From Ylistrum balloti (lineage: Eukaryota): 64,000 bases of DNA. Under the pieces are notes generated by a model. The model ran no database searches, was not told the DNA's origin, and saw only the letters and a list, made by a program, of their open reading frames with translations. Position 1 is the stretch's first letter, and every line of letters starts with the position of its first letter. Made by a program: the position numbers and the translations under genes. The stretch covers positions 1,240,001 to 1,304,000 of the forward strand of contig NW_026782300.1 of NCBI RefSeq assembly GCF_031769215.1, given 5' to 3'. Positions 38,580 to 52,471 of this stretch are shown piece after piece.

Positions 38580-39580
38580 CATGGTTCAGTTGTCATGTTT
38601 TAAATATGGTTTTCAAATCATGCCCTCACATTCATTGTTCACTTGTCATACCATCATAGACATGGTTCTCTGGTCATGTCGTAATTGTCATGGTTCACTA
38701 GTCACATCATGATCAATATGGTTCACTTGCCATGTCATTAAAGTCATGGTTCACTTGCCATGTCATCAAAGATATGGTTCACTTGTCACATCATCATTGA
38801 CATGGTTTATTTGTCATGCCATCAAAGATATTGTTTACATGTAGTGTCATCATTGACATGGTTCACTTGTCATGCCGTAATTCAAAGTTCACTTGTCACA
38901 TCATCAATGACATAGTTCACTTGTCATGCTATCTTATACATTGTTCACATGTTATGCCATCATAGGTATGGTTTACTTTTCATGTTATCACAAATATGGT
39001 TCACTTGCCATGTCATCAAAGATATGGTTCACTTGTCACATCATCATTGACATGGTTCACTTGTCATGCTATCTTATACATTGTTCACATGTTATGCCAT
39101 CATAGGTATGGTTTACTTTTCATGTTATCACAAATATGGTTCACTTGCCATGTCATCAAAGATATGGTTCACTTGTCACATCATCATTGACATGGTTCAC
39201 TTGTCATGCTATACTTATACATTGTTCACATGTTATGCCATCATAGGTATGGTTTACTTTTCATGTTATCACAAATATGGTTCACTTGCCATGTCATCAA
39301 AGATATGGTTCACTTGTCACATCATCATTGACATGGTTCACTTGTCATGCTATCTTATACATTGTTCACATGTTATGCCATCATAGGTATGGTTTACTTT
39401 TCATGTTATCACAAATATGGTTCACTTGCCATGTCATCAAAGATATGGTTCACTTGTCACATCATCAATGACATAGTTCACTTGTCATGCTATCTTATAC
39501 ATTGTTCACATGTTATGCCATCATAGGTATGGTTTACTTTTCATGTTATCACAAATATGGTTCACTTGCCTTGTCATCAT
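38580..39580. repeat. 28-bp monomer satellite forming a 5-monomer 140-bp higher-order repeat
   Basis: HOR starts at 38996, 39136, 39277, 39417, 39557; monomers share atggttcacttgtcatg; monomeric degenerate zone 38580-38880. Confidence 0.96.
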
Positions 39581-40489
39581 GGACTTTGGTTCCTGTGGTA
39601 TGTCTTTGTGCTGTCTGTTCATTTGAGTCCATTTGTCCTATAGTAAAACAGAATATCTATTTATATTTATACCTACAGTGAGGTTCTTACATGATGGTTC
39701 TGCATTAATCTATCTTATCTTATAAAATACCCTGTCTATTCTAGCCTGCAATACATACATCATCTTATGTATGAAAGACAGTCGGTTTTTCTTTTGTGAT
39801 TGACATGCACATAAGGTATATATGTTTTACAAAGCTGACCAGATATCCATTCAAATATTTAAGTGCATTAACATGACAAACAATTATATGAATGCATTTA
39901 AAGCCACCGTCAAAATATGTAACTGTCTGTAGATTCTGTGATGAAATCCTTGGAAGTTTTACATGTGTCATCACCCTTCAGTAGTGAGACCTATCAGGGC
40001 CTAGTGGCGGGTTGGTGTTGTTTATTTTATAAAAATGTATGTATATGTTATGAAGTATAGGCACGTGTGTTAGTTTTTCTGATCTTGCTGGTAAAGTGAA
40101 AGCTTGTCTGAAAGTTGTAAAAAGGCAGACTTGGCGAACGCTGGGTCAGCTTCTTGTTTATAGATACTCAATCAAGAAGAACTCTGGAATTTTGATGTGC
40201 TCAGACTAGATGCACCATGAGACAAGATCTGGTTTAGGAGGGGGTAGTTTATCTCTCTATCACACTGGTGTACACAGATGTCTACACAAGGATTCAGTGG
40301 GGGTGGTAGTATGCATAGACCTCCTCTGTTTTCTGTTAAATCTTTATACACTTCACTGGGAGATGTAAAGGGTAAAACCTGCCTTGGGTTTTGGTGGGAT
40401 GATTTGTGTTATATATGATATGAGTTGTCTAGTTTCAGATAGCTAGGTACGTAAGCTTGACCATGGTTGGAAACATTTAGGTATGGATA

Positions 40490-41385
40490 AGAGAGGAAAA
40501 GCTAGATGTCTGATATAGCTAGATATTGTAGGTATAACCTTGATTATGACCTTGGATAGGGTATAGTTATGTACTGTTGGTATGACTTTGGTTAAGGTAT
40601 AGTTATGTACTGTAGGTATGACTTTGGTTAGGGTATAGTTATGTACTGTTGGTATGACTTTGGTTAGGGTATAGTTTTGTACTGTAGGTATGACTTTGGT
40701 TAGGGTATAGTTATGTACTGTAGGTATGACTTTGACTGTGACCGTGGGTAGGATATAGTTATGTACTGTAGGTATGACTTTGGTTATGGTATAGTTATGT
40801 ACTGTAGGTATGACTTTGGTTAGGGTATAGTTATGTACTGTAGGTATTACCTTGCTATGACCTTGGTTAGATACTGTAGGTATGACCCTGGTTAGGGTAT
40901 AGCTAGATATTATAGGTATAACCTTGACTGTGACCTTGGTTAGGGTATAGTTATGTACCGTAGGTTTGACCTTGCTATGACCTTGGTTAGGTACTATAGG
41001 TATGACTTTGCTATGACCATGATTAGGGTATAGTTAGGTACTGTAGGTATTGCTATGACCTTGGTTAGGGTATAGTTATGTACTGTAAGTATGACCTTGC
41101 TATGACCTTGGTTAGGGTATAGTTAGGTACTGTAGGTATGGCCTTGCTATGACCTTGGTTAGGGTATAGTTAAGGACTGTAGGTATGACCTTGCTATGAC
41201 CCTGGTTAGGGTATAGTTAAGTACTGTAAGTATGACCTTGCTATGACCTTGGTTAGGTACTATAGGTATGACTTTGCTATGACCTTGGTTAGGGTATAGT
41301 TAGGTACTATAGGTATTACCTTGGCAACAGTATTGTAAGATACTGTAGATATGATCTTGGTTAAGGTATAGTAGTGTACTGAAAA
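40490..41385. repeat. 36-bp / 47-bp mixed minisatellite
   Basis: Unit ggttagggtatagttatgtactgtaggtatgacttt (period 36 at 40561/40597); right part adds gctatgacctt (47 bp). Confidence 0.95.
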
Positions 41386-42602
41386 CATATGGTGCAATTT
41401 TTGTTGAGACTGGTATAATATAACAACACAATAAATATTCATCCCAGCATATTTGAGCTTGGATTTGGATCGAGTGGACCATCTGTCACAGTGTCATATG
41501 CTACACTGTTTAAACATGTGTTTATCCAATTGGAGAAACTTTATTGTTGCAGGTACAAATTATATGGCATAGTGGTTTTTTTGCATATGGATTCTGATTA
41601 TATGATGTGGTTCACCAACCTTTGATCTGGATCCATGTTGTGTAGGCTTTTTTTAATGAGATTATAATAATAAAATTATTGAGCAATATCATTTGATCTT
41701 GGAGAAAGATATAGTTTTTATCTTCTTTTTTTTATTTTTTAAGCTGGCAAAAATTTATATCATAACTCTGAAGTCTTGGTAACATTATTTTGAGGTTTGA
41801 ATGCTTTTGATTTGTTTCTAGCATGAAAGAGAATGTGAGAGACAGAGAGATGTTATAGTCTTTCTGTAACTTTAACACTTCTATATGGCCTTATTTTTTA
41901 TATAGGGCAGTAAAATGATACAGAGAACAATTCTGATGCATTATGGCTTATTTTGTTATGGGGCCCTGATACTAAATAATGCTCAGCAAGTTATCACTAC
42001 ACTTGCTATATTCCATTATTAACAACATAAAATGTAAACAACAAGAAGGCAAGGAAACCTACTGACCTGTTCGTTTTTTATGAGATGATATCTGAATTGT
42101 ATATTTTCTGGTTAATGGTTGAAAGTCATTTGATGGCTAGAAATTGTGATACAGTGATACAGTGGCAAGAACAGACAAGATAAGAGGCATTTCAGTAGTG
42201 TGATAGTTTCTTGTGATAGACAGAACTATACCTGATGATATATCTTCTTCCCCACAACATCAGTGGAAAATTTTGAAAGAAAAACAAGCAACATTTATAG
42301 ATGTAAGCTTTCAGCCCTGGAAATGAAACATGTTTTACTGCAATATAAACAAGACGAGGATCACATGTCAAACAGTTTGTTATTCCAGTCAATGCTGGCA
42401 GTAGATCTAAAACTGAAAGTGACCATGTAGAGGATAGGGATAGATTATAGAGGGTTGAATTTAGGTTATCAGAGGTTAGGTAGACACTACGACTATGTCT
42501 ACAGAAATAGATCAGCTGTACCTCAGGTGTAGGATGGACCAAGAGATCATACAATATTGGCACAGGTGAAGTAGACCTTATCACCATGTCTACAATAACC
42601 AT

Positions 42603-42774
42603 GTGTCATCCATCATCTGCTAACTTTTTCACATTATCGGCTCCTTCTCAAGAAGTGCTTAGCCAATTCAAACCAAAGATACTGGTTACTAGCATCAATA
42701 CCTGATGGGACATCGAAATTGCAGTAATCATGGTCCTCATCCACATAGGGCTCATAGGGCTGAAAGAACTTGTT
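42603..42774 (+). mobile_element. Degenerate HINE-like fragment
   Basis: taactttttcacattatcggctccttctcaagaagtgcttagccaattcaaaccaaa resembles the HINE internal unit as I recall it; ends cttgtt like the other copies. Confidence 0.45.
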
Positions 42775-43699
42775 ATTTAAAAAAAAAAAACACACAGTCC
42801 TTTCCCAAAGGAGACATAAGTGAAATTGATGCTTAATGTGGTTGTAATGTCAAAGGGAAGCTCTAGCAAAAGTGTGAATTAGGTTATCTTGGGATGTAGC
42901 ATCCTGGGGTTTGGACATTATTTGGGAAGAAGCAAAAATACTGATACAACAATAAAATGCTAATCGCTTTGAAGCATGACATTCTGTGGGGTCATGTTTT
43001 AACCGTTGTAGGGAATCCAAAGATTATTTTGAAGAAAAGTTTCATGGTCACAGGGTCAAATGTGAGCGAGACTTAAAATTTCTTGAAAAACATCACCTTT
43101 TTGTAAAGGCATTTGTATAATGCATTTGAAACATTAACTATAATATCACTTTACCTCACTATTTCCTTAACCAACACTGTGTCTGAGTACCAGATACCAG
43201 TTATTTATAGACAGTTTTGGAGGAAAAATTGACTATCCAGAGAAAATACCTGTAGAAGACCAGGCTCCTTGAATTTGAATGACTGTAAAGGCTAAATGGA
43301 CCTCTTCTTGTTTTGTTTTATACACATTTCAACATTGCCTTGGGAACTTTGGATGCTTTTTGAAATAAAAAATGGATGAAATCTTATTGTTAAAACTGAA
43401 ATTAGGTATTTATCAATATATTTTAAGGTAAACAAAGATTTAGCCCTGAATGTCTGTGGCATCATAACTTAATATATTTCTTATGTAGTTATTCCAAACT
43501 GTGATGTTGTATTGCTGTTTGCATCATGTTTGCACAATCCATATTGTGGCAATATCCTTACACCAGACATCAATTACCTTGTGGCATCTTTTTAATGCAA
43601 GTACCCAAAAGCAATATGCAGATATCATTTTCTAAATCAACTAAATAAATTGTCTCATGCTGTATTTCATCTGTGAATTTCATATGTATCTAATTACTG

Positions 43700-44415
43700 T
43701 ATATGTGTGGCAGTATATACAGGGGGTGGCATCATGCTAGTGAGCCTTTGTGGCAGTAGATACAGGTGGTGGCATCATGCTAGTGAGCCTTTGTGACAGT
43801 ATATACAGGTGGTGGCATCCTGCTGGTGAACCTTTGTGGCAGTAGATACAGTTGGTGGCATCATGCTAGTGAACCTTTGTGGCAGTATATACAGGTGGTG
43901 GCATCCTGCTGGTGAACATTTGTGGCAGTATATACAGGTGGTGGCATCATGCTAGTGAACCTTTGTGATAGTATATACAGGTGGTGGCATCATGCTAGTG
44001 AACCTTTTTGGCAGTATATACAGGTGGTGGCATCATGCTGGTGAACCTTTGTGGCAGTATATACAGTTGGTGGCATCATGCTAGTGAACCTTTGTGACAG
44101 TTAATACAGGTGATGGCATCATACTGGTAAACCTTTGTGGCAGTCTATACAGGTAGTGGCATCATACTGGTAAACCTTTGTGGCAGTATGTACAGGTGGT
44201 GGCATCTTGCTGGTGAACCTTTGTGGCAGTATATACAGGTGGTGGCATCATGCTAGTGAACCTTTGTGACAGTTAATACAGGTGATGGCATCATACTGGT
44301 AAACCTTTGTGGCAGTCTATACAGGTAGTGGCATCATACTGGTAAACCTTTGTGGCAGTATGTACAGGTGGTGGCATAATGCTGATGAATCTTTGTGGCA
44401 TTTTCTACAAGAGTG
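43700..44415. repeat. 43-bp minisatellite (~16 copies)
   Basis: Unit tggcagtatatacaggtggtggcatcatgctagtgaacctttg; period 43 (43828, 43871). Confidence 0.97.
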
Positions 44416-46894
44416 GCATCACGCTGGTATATTTCCTTCTGTGGATAAAGTGCATGTCATTATGTACATCGTTTGGCATTAGTCACAACATGGTAAGGTT
44501 GTATCAGTAACAGATGGCTTTCAGTTTTGTATAGAAGACTCTGTCATGAGTAGCATTCACAGCTGAAAATTTCATCTGCATGATTTATTTGTCATCTGAT
44601 AGAGTAAGTAGTGATAACCTGTCTAGTTCTGTCTGTTGTCTAAATGCTGACCTCTCACGACTTTCAGAAGTAATATATTGATGTTTAGCATGCACATGAT
44701 CAGTGCCAAACACAGGTTTTGCCATGTTCACATTCGGTGATACGTGTGCTGTGTGTGAGCAAGTATCGATCTACTATATGTATTGATTGGAACTTTCACC
44801 AGAGAGAATGGTAAATACTGGCCAAGATCTCAGCTCCACTGTGAGAATTGGGTTTGTTGAGCATTATGTGACATTCTGCTGGAGCTTTGGAGCGAAGCCA
44901 ATGTACAATGCTTTCTCTCTTGGCATCCTTGTGATAGCCAATCTCTGTCCAATTGTCGGTGGATGTTCCAGAGATTGCATAAGGGGCCAGAGGCCATGTG
45001 GAACCTTGTCTGGATGTGGTACACTGGTGTATAGTCTGGCACCAGACTGGTTGTAGCCTGCTTCCCAAGACTTCAAAATATATTTTTCCTCTAGCCCCCA
45101 TATTCTTGTGGGTCCCTTAAACTGCCTCCAGTCCCAGTGATAAGAGTGCTGGCTGATATTAGTACTGACAACGTATCACCAGAACTAGATTGGTTTTAAC
45201 AGATCATAACAACTTTAGTTGCTCTACAATGATCTGTTTACAGTTTCAATGTATATAACCTTGTTAATAATAGAATGTAATGAGATGCTTTCCTAGCAGT
45301 TTTGATATGGATTTCCAAAGTCTCACAGTTGTCTGGTGAGTAATTAGGACATGTTGACTTGGTGAGTAAATGATTGAGTGGTTTGTTCTATGGCTTGGTT
45401 CGCTTGTTTGCTTGGTTGAGTGGCTTGGGGTGGATTGATTGGTTGCTTGGTTCCGAGATATTTTTGTGACAATTGTCACTACAGGTTAAAAGTTGCTATC
45501 TATCCTTGTTTTGATTCATATTCTTGGTCAAGGCCACAGCCTTGTAATACTGATGGATAGGTTTGTTTTCCACACAATAACACTGTAAACAGATTAATGA
45601 TTTCTAGAGAGTAATCCATACACATCACCAGAGATCTCTTAGGAGGTCAAAAGTCAATTCTTTATAGAGATCAATTGATATTAATTAGTCAAAGATCTAT
45701 ACAAATTGATAGGTTGATAGTCAAAGGTCACAAGTGGAATAATGAATCAAGTATCAGAATGATTGACTTGGTCAGAGGTCAAATGAAACAATTTGATCAT
45801 CTACCAATAGTGCAATAAGTTTGGTATCTTGAGACATAAAGAACTGAATGCTGTGATTGAAATTTGAGATGTATGGATGTAGCTAGTTAGTGATTCTTCT
45901 TGCTTCTTATATGATGATGTTTCATGCTCTCCTTGCCCACAACCCCCAAAACACTGTAATGGAATAAAACCACGTTAATAACTGTTGATTAGGTTTTTGT
46001 GTGGCAGATTAAGTGCTGTGTAGCCACATCAAGGTAATTACACTTTTGTTAGTATTGATTATGCCTTCAAAACTACTTATTAAACTCACCTGTAGCAAAA
46101 CCTTAAATTGATATAAAAATATCTGCTAATATATAAAATCACTGGCATTAGTGATTTGAAAGAAGCTGTTCAGCTGACAACTGATTGATGGTTCTAAAGT
46201 AATGCAGGAATGCTGTTTCCCAAGTTGGTTGGCTGGCTTCATTAGCTATGATTTTACACATTAGATTGACTCCATGGTCAATAAAGTGCTTTCTCCTTAT
46301 ATGAGTCTGGTCTCTGATGTAAAGATTTCTAATGGGCAATTGTCAGTCTTGTTGAAAAACAGGTAGGACCTCGAGTCAAAAGTGGAAAAAATCCATCTGC
46401 TTTAGGTCATCTTTCACAAACTTTTTTTTTCTCCTTTTTGTGGTTAGGTGGACGTTTTGATGTGTATTGTGTTTCAGCCATTTATTAATGAAAGGAGTAA
46501 AGTGAAACCTGGGAGACTTTTTCAAGTGCTACTTATTTCAAGGTTAATTAGTACATTCTATCTGCAAGATTGTTATTTTCACCTAAGGGGGCATGACATC
46601 ATCTTGCCATTTTAACACACCACCAAATGACCTTCTTGTTAGATAGTCTATTTGGTTTTAATTTGGTTGACATGTAAATGCCATTATGATTTGTGGAGAA
46701 AAAAATTATCATTGTTTACAATTTTGATTTTCTTCTTCATGTGCTTAGAAAAATTTTCACACAATTTTTTCCCCAATATTTTAAGCAGTTTTATTTCACA
46801 TTTATTCTTATGCATTGAAATTGCTTCTGATTTCACAGCTTCTTGAAATCATAGTGTCAAATATCATAATTGGGACAGCTGGTGGAAGTGTTGA

Positions 46895-47015
46895 GGGTAG
46901 AATTTTGTGGTGCTAAGAGTCTGAATTTGTGGTGCCTGAATTAGAGAAGAATTTTGTGGTTCAAAGAATCTGGAATGGCATTTGTGGTACCTGTATAAGG
47001 GTAGAATTTTGTGGT
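46895..47015. repeat. Degenerate short repeat (agaattttgtggt motif x5)
   Basis: (ag)aatt(t)tgtggt recurs at 25-30 bp spacing. Confidence 0.7.
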
Positions 47016-48307
47016 ACAAAATGTTGGTTTTTAACTTGCTTTTGATATTTAGATATTAGATAGTCTTATTTGATTCTGCTAAGTTTGCAGCACCTGATAA
47101 ATAGGTGAAGCATTTTGTTTATGACATTGCCAGTGATTGACTAGTGTTGAAATGATTACGAAAAGCAACGTGAAAATTGAGAGCTGCGTCTAGACATTGC
47201 TAAGGTGTTAAACATTATTTGATTGTTGAGGTCTTGGAATGGCTAGTTATTGGTCAGTATTGATCACACTGGTCAGTTTTGTTATGGTAATGGCAAAGGA
47301 CTGCTCAACTGTGGTTCTGAATAATCTCAGAAATAGTGTTTCTTCACAAATTCTATTATCAATACTAAGTGTCTTTTCCAGAATTAATTCCTGTGAGATC
47401 CAAACTTAGGTTTGGTATTTGCCTTGTTGCTTGTATGGACTTCACCATGTCTACTTCACATGGGCATCACAATATTGATCTATTGTTCCAATAAGTCAGA
47501 CCAGTGGTAAAAATAGCCAGTGGCTGGTATTTCCTGTGATTGTCTTCCATTTAGGTATTCTGACTTATTACAGCCTCGTTCTAGCATGATGTTGGTTCAT
47601 ACAGATGATGGATGTGGTTAAAAACAAGTTGAAACCTTGAAACCTATTCATATCTAAAATTCTAATTTGTTTTTCTTTTTTGTTTTTTTTTTAACTGGCC
47701 TCATGGATTTTGACATTTTGTATTTAGAACAGATTTATGTTCTATAAAATATTGGACTCTTCAGTAGCTTTTGAGTAATCTTGGTTTAATGGTCAAAATC
47801 ATCTTCAAAGTTTTTTCATCTCATATTAAATTAGAAAAAAATTTCAGTGATCTTCCTTGACTAGTGTGTCCGAATGTCAGTGGAGTTTACCAGTTTTTGT
47901 TTTGTTTTTGTTTTTGTTATATAGCTACATACCATCATCTGTTCTCAATACAGGCACTTTACCTCAGTATCTCATGACCATGAGAGTAAAGATGGGTTTA
48001 GAGTTCATGGAATGTATGAAAATTTGTTACAGTGCTGTTTAGAAGATATTATTAGCATATGTATGTTATGCAATCTATTTGTTTGACTGAATTGCATTAT
48101 ACAATATAATGACCTCTGTTGTACAATGAAACAAGAAATTACATGGTATATATGCCAATGTTGTTAAGTACAATAAGGAATTTCAGGAGAAGATAAAAGA
48201 AGCTGCACCTTGTCTTAGTGTAGATACATATGCTTGTAGCCTGCTACCACATGTATAATAGTGTTTTCATACCTTGCTGGTGCAGTTAGGAGTTTCATGT
48301 ACAGGAT

Positions 48308-48420
48308 TATAGCTCTAATGATCACGTTGTGAGATCTGGGTGGTTTTGGACGGAGTTCAATCCTCTTGCATCTGAAACCTGATGACCTTGGTGGCTTTAG
48401 GAAGAGGTTACCTTACCCAG
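48308..48420 (+). mobile_element. Possible decayed tRNA-derived SINE head
   Basis: A-box-like tagctctaatgat (48310-48322) and B-box-like ggagttcaatcc (48352-48363) at tRNA-like spacing; no intact cloverleaf seen. Confidence 0.3.
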
Positions 48421-51400
48421 TTACCTGGAACAGTCCAGTATCTAAAGACCAGCATTCTGTGTAACCTACTCTCTCCCACTCACAAAGAGCAGCAAAATTG
48501 AGAATGAATTGCACACATCACCTCAGGTGCAAAAGATAGAGAACTGGAGATAAATAAGCATCAGGTGTTGTCTGTTTGGCTTTAAAGCATTTTCAGTAAA
48601 ATATGATTTGTCTTTTAATAAATGAAATAGGATTTTCAGTTGTTTGTCACATTGTAAAGCCTTAAAGGAAAGGAAAGTTTTATTTTAAGGGAAGACAACT
48701 CTTTATTTTTCTAACTCAAGGAGCCATACTATTAAATATATGAAACAGACACTATTCCAGCATGACATTAACAGAAAATCGTCTAGTTACTGAGATAATA
48801 CACAATTTGGTCAATAAAGCTGCTTTCAGTCTATCAGATTATCTTACAGTAATTAACTGATTTTTATGGTGAAGAAAACACATGGAAGCTCCAAGACTAT
48901 TATAATCAAAATAATAGTAGAATAAATAAAGCTTGGCCACATGTTACAACTGAAAGGCAGGGAGGACCCATAAACCGCAGAATCTAGAAACAAAACTCTC
49001 TGTATGTTTACTTTGGTATATACTTCACTTGAGCATTGCAGGACATTTGTAGTCTCTATCCCTAATATTTGTTATTTTTGTATCCCTCTCTCCCTTCTGC
49101 ACATAGCTTCTTTCCTGTTTCAGGATATCTCTTGTGTTTTTCCATATATTTTACTGACATGACCCCTTGTTTTCTGGTCCACTTGCTGCCTATATACCAC
49201 CTACTGGTAGTAGGTTATAATCTTCATCATTGGAATGGCCTTCTTCAGATTATGGTAAGGCAGTTGGGATAGAATTTTGGGAATAAAGTGCTGGATGGAA
49301 ATTGGAATTTTGAATTCTTTTGAAGAGGAATTTGGATTATACACATTTCTTCACAAAGCATTTCAAGAATTTAAGATACCTCTTTCCTTATCTTTGGATT
49401 TCAAGCAGTGATTTAAAATAAAGTATGATTTTTTAAAAAGTTTTGACATGACTGTTGGAAGGCTATAAACTCTAATGTTGAAAATTTTACCTATCCTATT
49501 TTCATTAAGCAGAGTTTTATCCTGGTGCTCTTCAGTCAATGACTTCATTTGCAAATGCTGTTACAGATATGTACTATTTTTATCTATATCAAATATGAAA
49601 CTAATAACTGACTGTTATGGATAAAGAAAGGTTTACGTGACTGATTGAATCGCATGAATGTATTTTTTGATATTATATAAAAAAAAGTATTTTATAGAAT
49701 AGATACATAGATTGCAGGGGTTTTGCTGTCCCATGGCTTTACTATTCTTCTTAAGATATATTGACTCAGGGATCGACTGTGCAATTGACATTGATGTAGT
49801 TATAGTAAATCAGGGACGTGAATCTCTTCCGAGATATACCACACAATAAAGAACTATCATTATTCTTGACATTTATCAAAGGGCTTTGGAAATTTAAACA
49901 TATATATGTAACATGTTTTAGTGACAATGCTAGCTTCAGTAATGTCACTAAGTATAAACTTTGATGTAAAGAGGCGACCCAGGATTCATTTCATTATACA
50001 CCTAGTAGCTTGGAAACCTCAACTGTATGTGACTTTATATAGAAATTTAATTCATAAAATATCATTTAGATCATTTATATTAAGGTTTACAGATAGAGCT
50101 GTGTTTTACTTTATATTCTACATTTATATAAGTCTGCCTGAATGGTTAGAGGATGTCTCTATTGTTTCATAATAGGAAACTTTTCTGATGGAATCTGACA
50201 TTCACAAGACCACATCCTGTTATAGTGTACACCAAGTAACACTACTGTAAGATCTACACACAGAATATATAATTAGAGACTGGTATAGATTGAATTCTGA
50301 GAAGTAATCAAGGCTGTATTAATTTTACCTTCCGTAACAGGAGCAAAAGGATTAAAAGTGGCAGAATTGACCTTGCTTTTAGTGATAGAGATGTGAAGGA
50401 TTGATTGGTCCGGAGGCTGCGAGCTGGTCTAGACTGATTTATCACTGATTTCTAAGACATCCTCACAAATTTACTTCATTATTTAGACTATTTTGATGAT
50501 ATCTGTACAACAAAATTTGTCCTTGTGTCATTAAATCTAATTTCTATTGATCCAGTCTTACAGAATAGGTATAAAGCCTTCTATGATTGGAAAGAAAAAA
50601 CCACTCCTTTGTCAGAAAGGTTTTTCATTATTCAAGAATGATTCATATATTTAGAAGGAATTGATGCCTATTTCAGAAAGATCTGATGAATTGTAGGTAT
50701 TTTGTCGCCCAGTTTTCTTCATAAGTTTGATTTATAAAGAGGCATTAATGGCCATATTCCATGATAGAAAACAGTAATGAGGAAATTGTCAGACATTTTG
50801 GAATCATATATTTGTCTTATGGACATATTTGGTCATTATAATTTCTCATGTTGATGGGGAAAACAACAGCTATTTGAACATTGTGTTGATGATGTTATGA
50901 TGCTGAATGAAATATTTTGACAGAATGCTCAAAATGGGATCAGTTCTGAAATGTCACATATTTTATATTAAATATAAAAACATTTTAATTGAAACTCAAC
51001 TATTCAGCAACCTCCATTCACAAATCGGTTGTGTTATTGATAAGCTTAGGGATACTGCCCCATGCTTTCCTGAGACTGGACATACTGTTTCAATGCTTTA
51101 TGTACAAACAGGAACGTCTTGTATATGACTTACATTCAATTTTTTTCAGTAAGATTGACAGGGTGTGTGACATGGGGGCTTTATAGAATATGATAGGATA
51201 ATATGCAGATGTCAAAGTAGAAACAAAAAAAAATATTGGTTTTGTTTTGACCTAATGACACATGTCATATGTGGGGAAGGAAATGATGTGCATCACTCTA
51301 CATGATTCATACTCCTGAGGAATCTTAATCGTAACACTTGACTGGGGTATGATACATCAGTATATAATTGTTACAGTCCTACTGTTTACAATGAAGCTTA

Positions 51401-52415
51401 CTGGTGGGTGAACAACCATATTGTGTACAATATATCCATAAACTTGTAAGTCTTTAATCAATGTTTTATTACAGTTGGTGTAATGATTGTGAAAAAGTGT
51501 ACCAGTTGACAAGGTGTCAACTTTACTTCTCATCCTAATTTGTGTTTATTGATATACATGTTTTTTTCAGGGTTTTTTCTCATATAATGAACCTTTAAGT
51601 AAAAATGTTTAAATTCTCAGTGTTGTTACTAACCTTTACCAATCCTGATCTTATGTGAGGATAATTAGATAATTTCTGTTTGATTTGTGCAGATTTCATG
51701 CCTGCTTATACTATCCATCATTGTATAATACCTTTGTCAACATCGAAAGCCCAGGATTGGTCCTGCCAGATTGTTGAATTATCTCAGGCAATCGCTGACA
51801 AATTAGCTCCAGTGAACACCCTTAACACCTTTAGTATTGTTTCTGAAAAGGCTGATCATATCTGTGAAAATTATAAATTACAAAAAAATATCAGAAAAAT
51901 ATATCTCTTGCCTGTACATGTATGTATGGATGAGTATTTCCTGTTATCTAAAAATAGAAGAGTTTGGTAAAAATAACATCTGTGTAAGAGTTAAGCTGAT
52001 GAAGTAAGAAATGTTGTAACATTATGGACAGAAGTTGTTAGTCCCTGACCCTGTACAAACATTGTAACCTCCCTGTTTGTTTTCTCTGTCCCATGACAAT
52101 TGTTTACCTGAGCTAAAGTGAAACAAAGCTTCTTTGTAGACATAGTGCTGTGAAGGACATGAGTAAATTGCTGGATATTCCGACAACAGTGGCAAGTTTA
52201 CATAGGAAAGTGATTGTTTTTGTCAAAGTGAATGTGTAAATAATTTACCAGTGTTTAGTAAATATTGTGTTTGCTAGATCTTCTATTCATTATACTATGC
52301 TACAAGTAATAATTGAGCTAAAAACATATATATACATGTCTTATGCAGGGGGCGTATTTTCCTTTGTCCTTTAGTACTTTGTTAATTTTAACTAGTGCTT
52401 GTACACTTTCCCTAC

Positions 52416-52471
52416 TCGTCCTCATATGACCCTGGCTGTTGAAGGGACATTTAACCCCGTAAAAAGTAAAC
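52416..52471 (+). mobile_element. SINE-like 3' tail fragment (second copy)
   Basis: tcgtcctcatatgaccctggctgttgaagggacatttaac; 30/40 ungapped identity to the 32501-32540 copy. Confidence 0.5.

Noticed and set aside
44787-45101. GC-richer block with ORFs in four frames
   Set aside because: No recognisable domain or splice pattern; may be old TE debris but unsupported.
48308-48365. tRNA gene
   Set aside because: A/B-box-like motifs only, no cloverleaf; treated as a possible SINE head.
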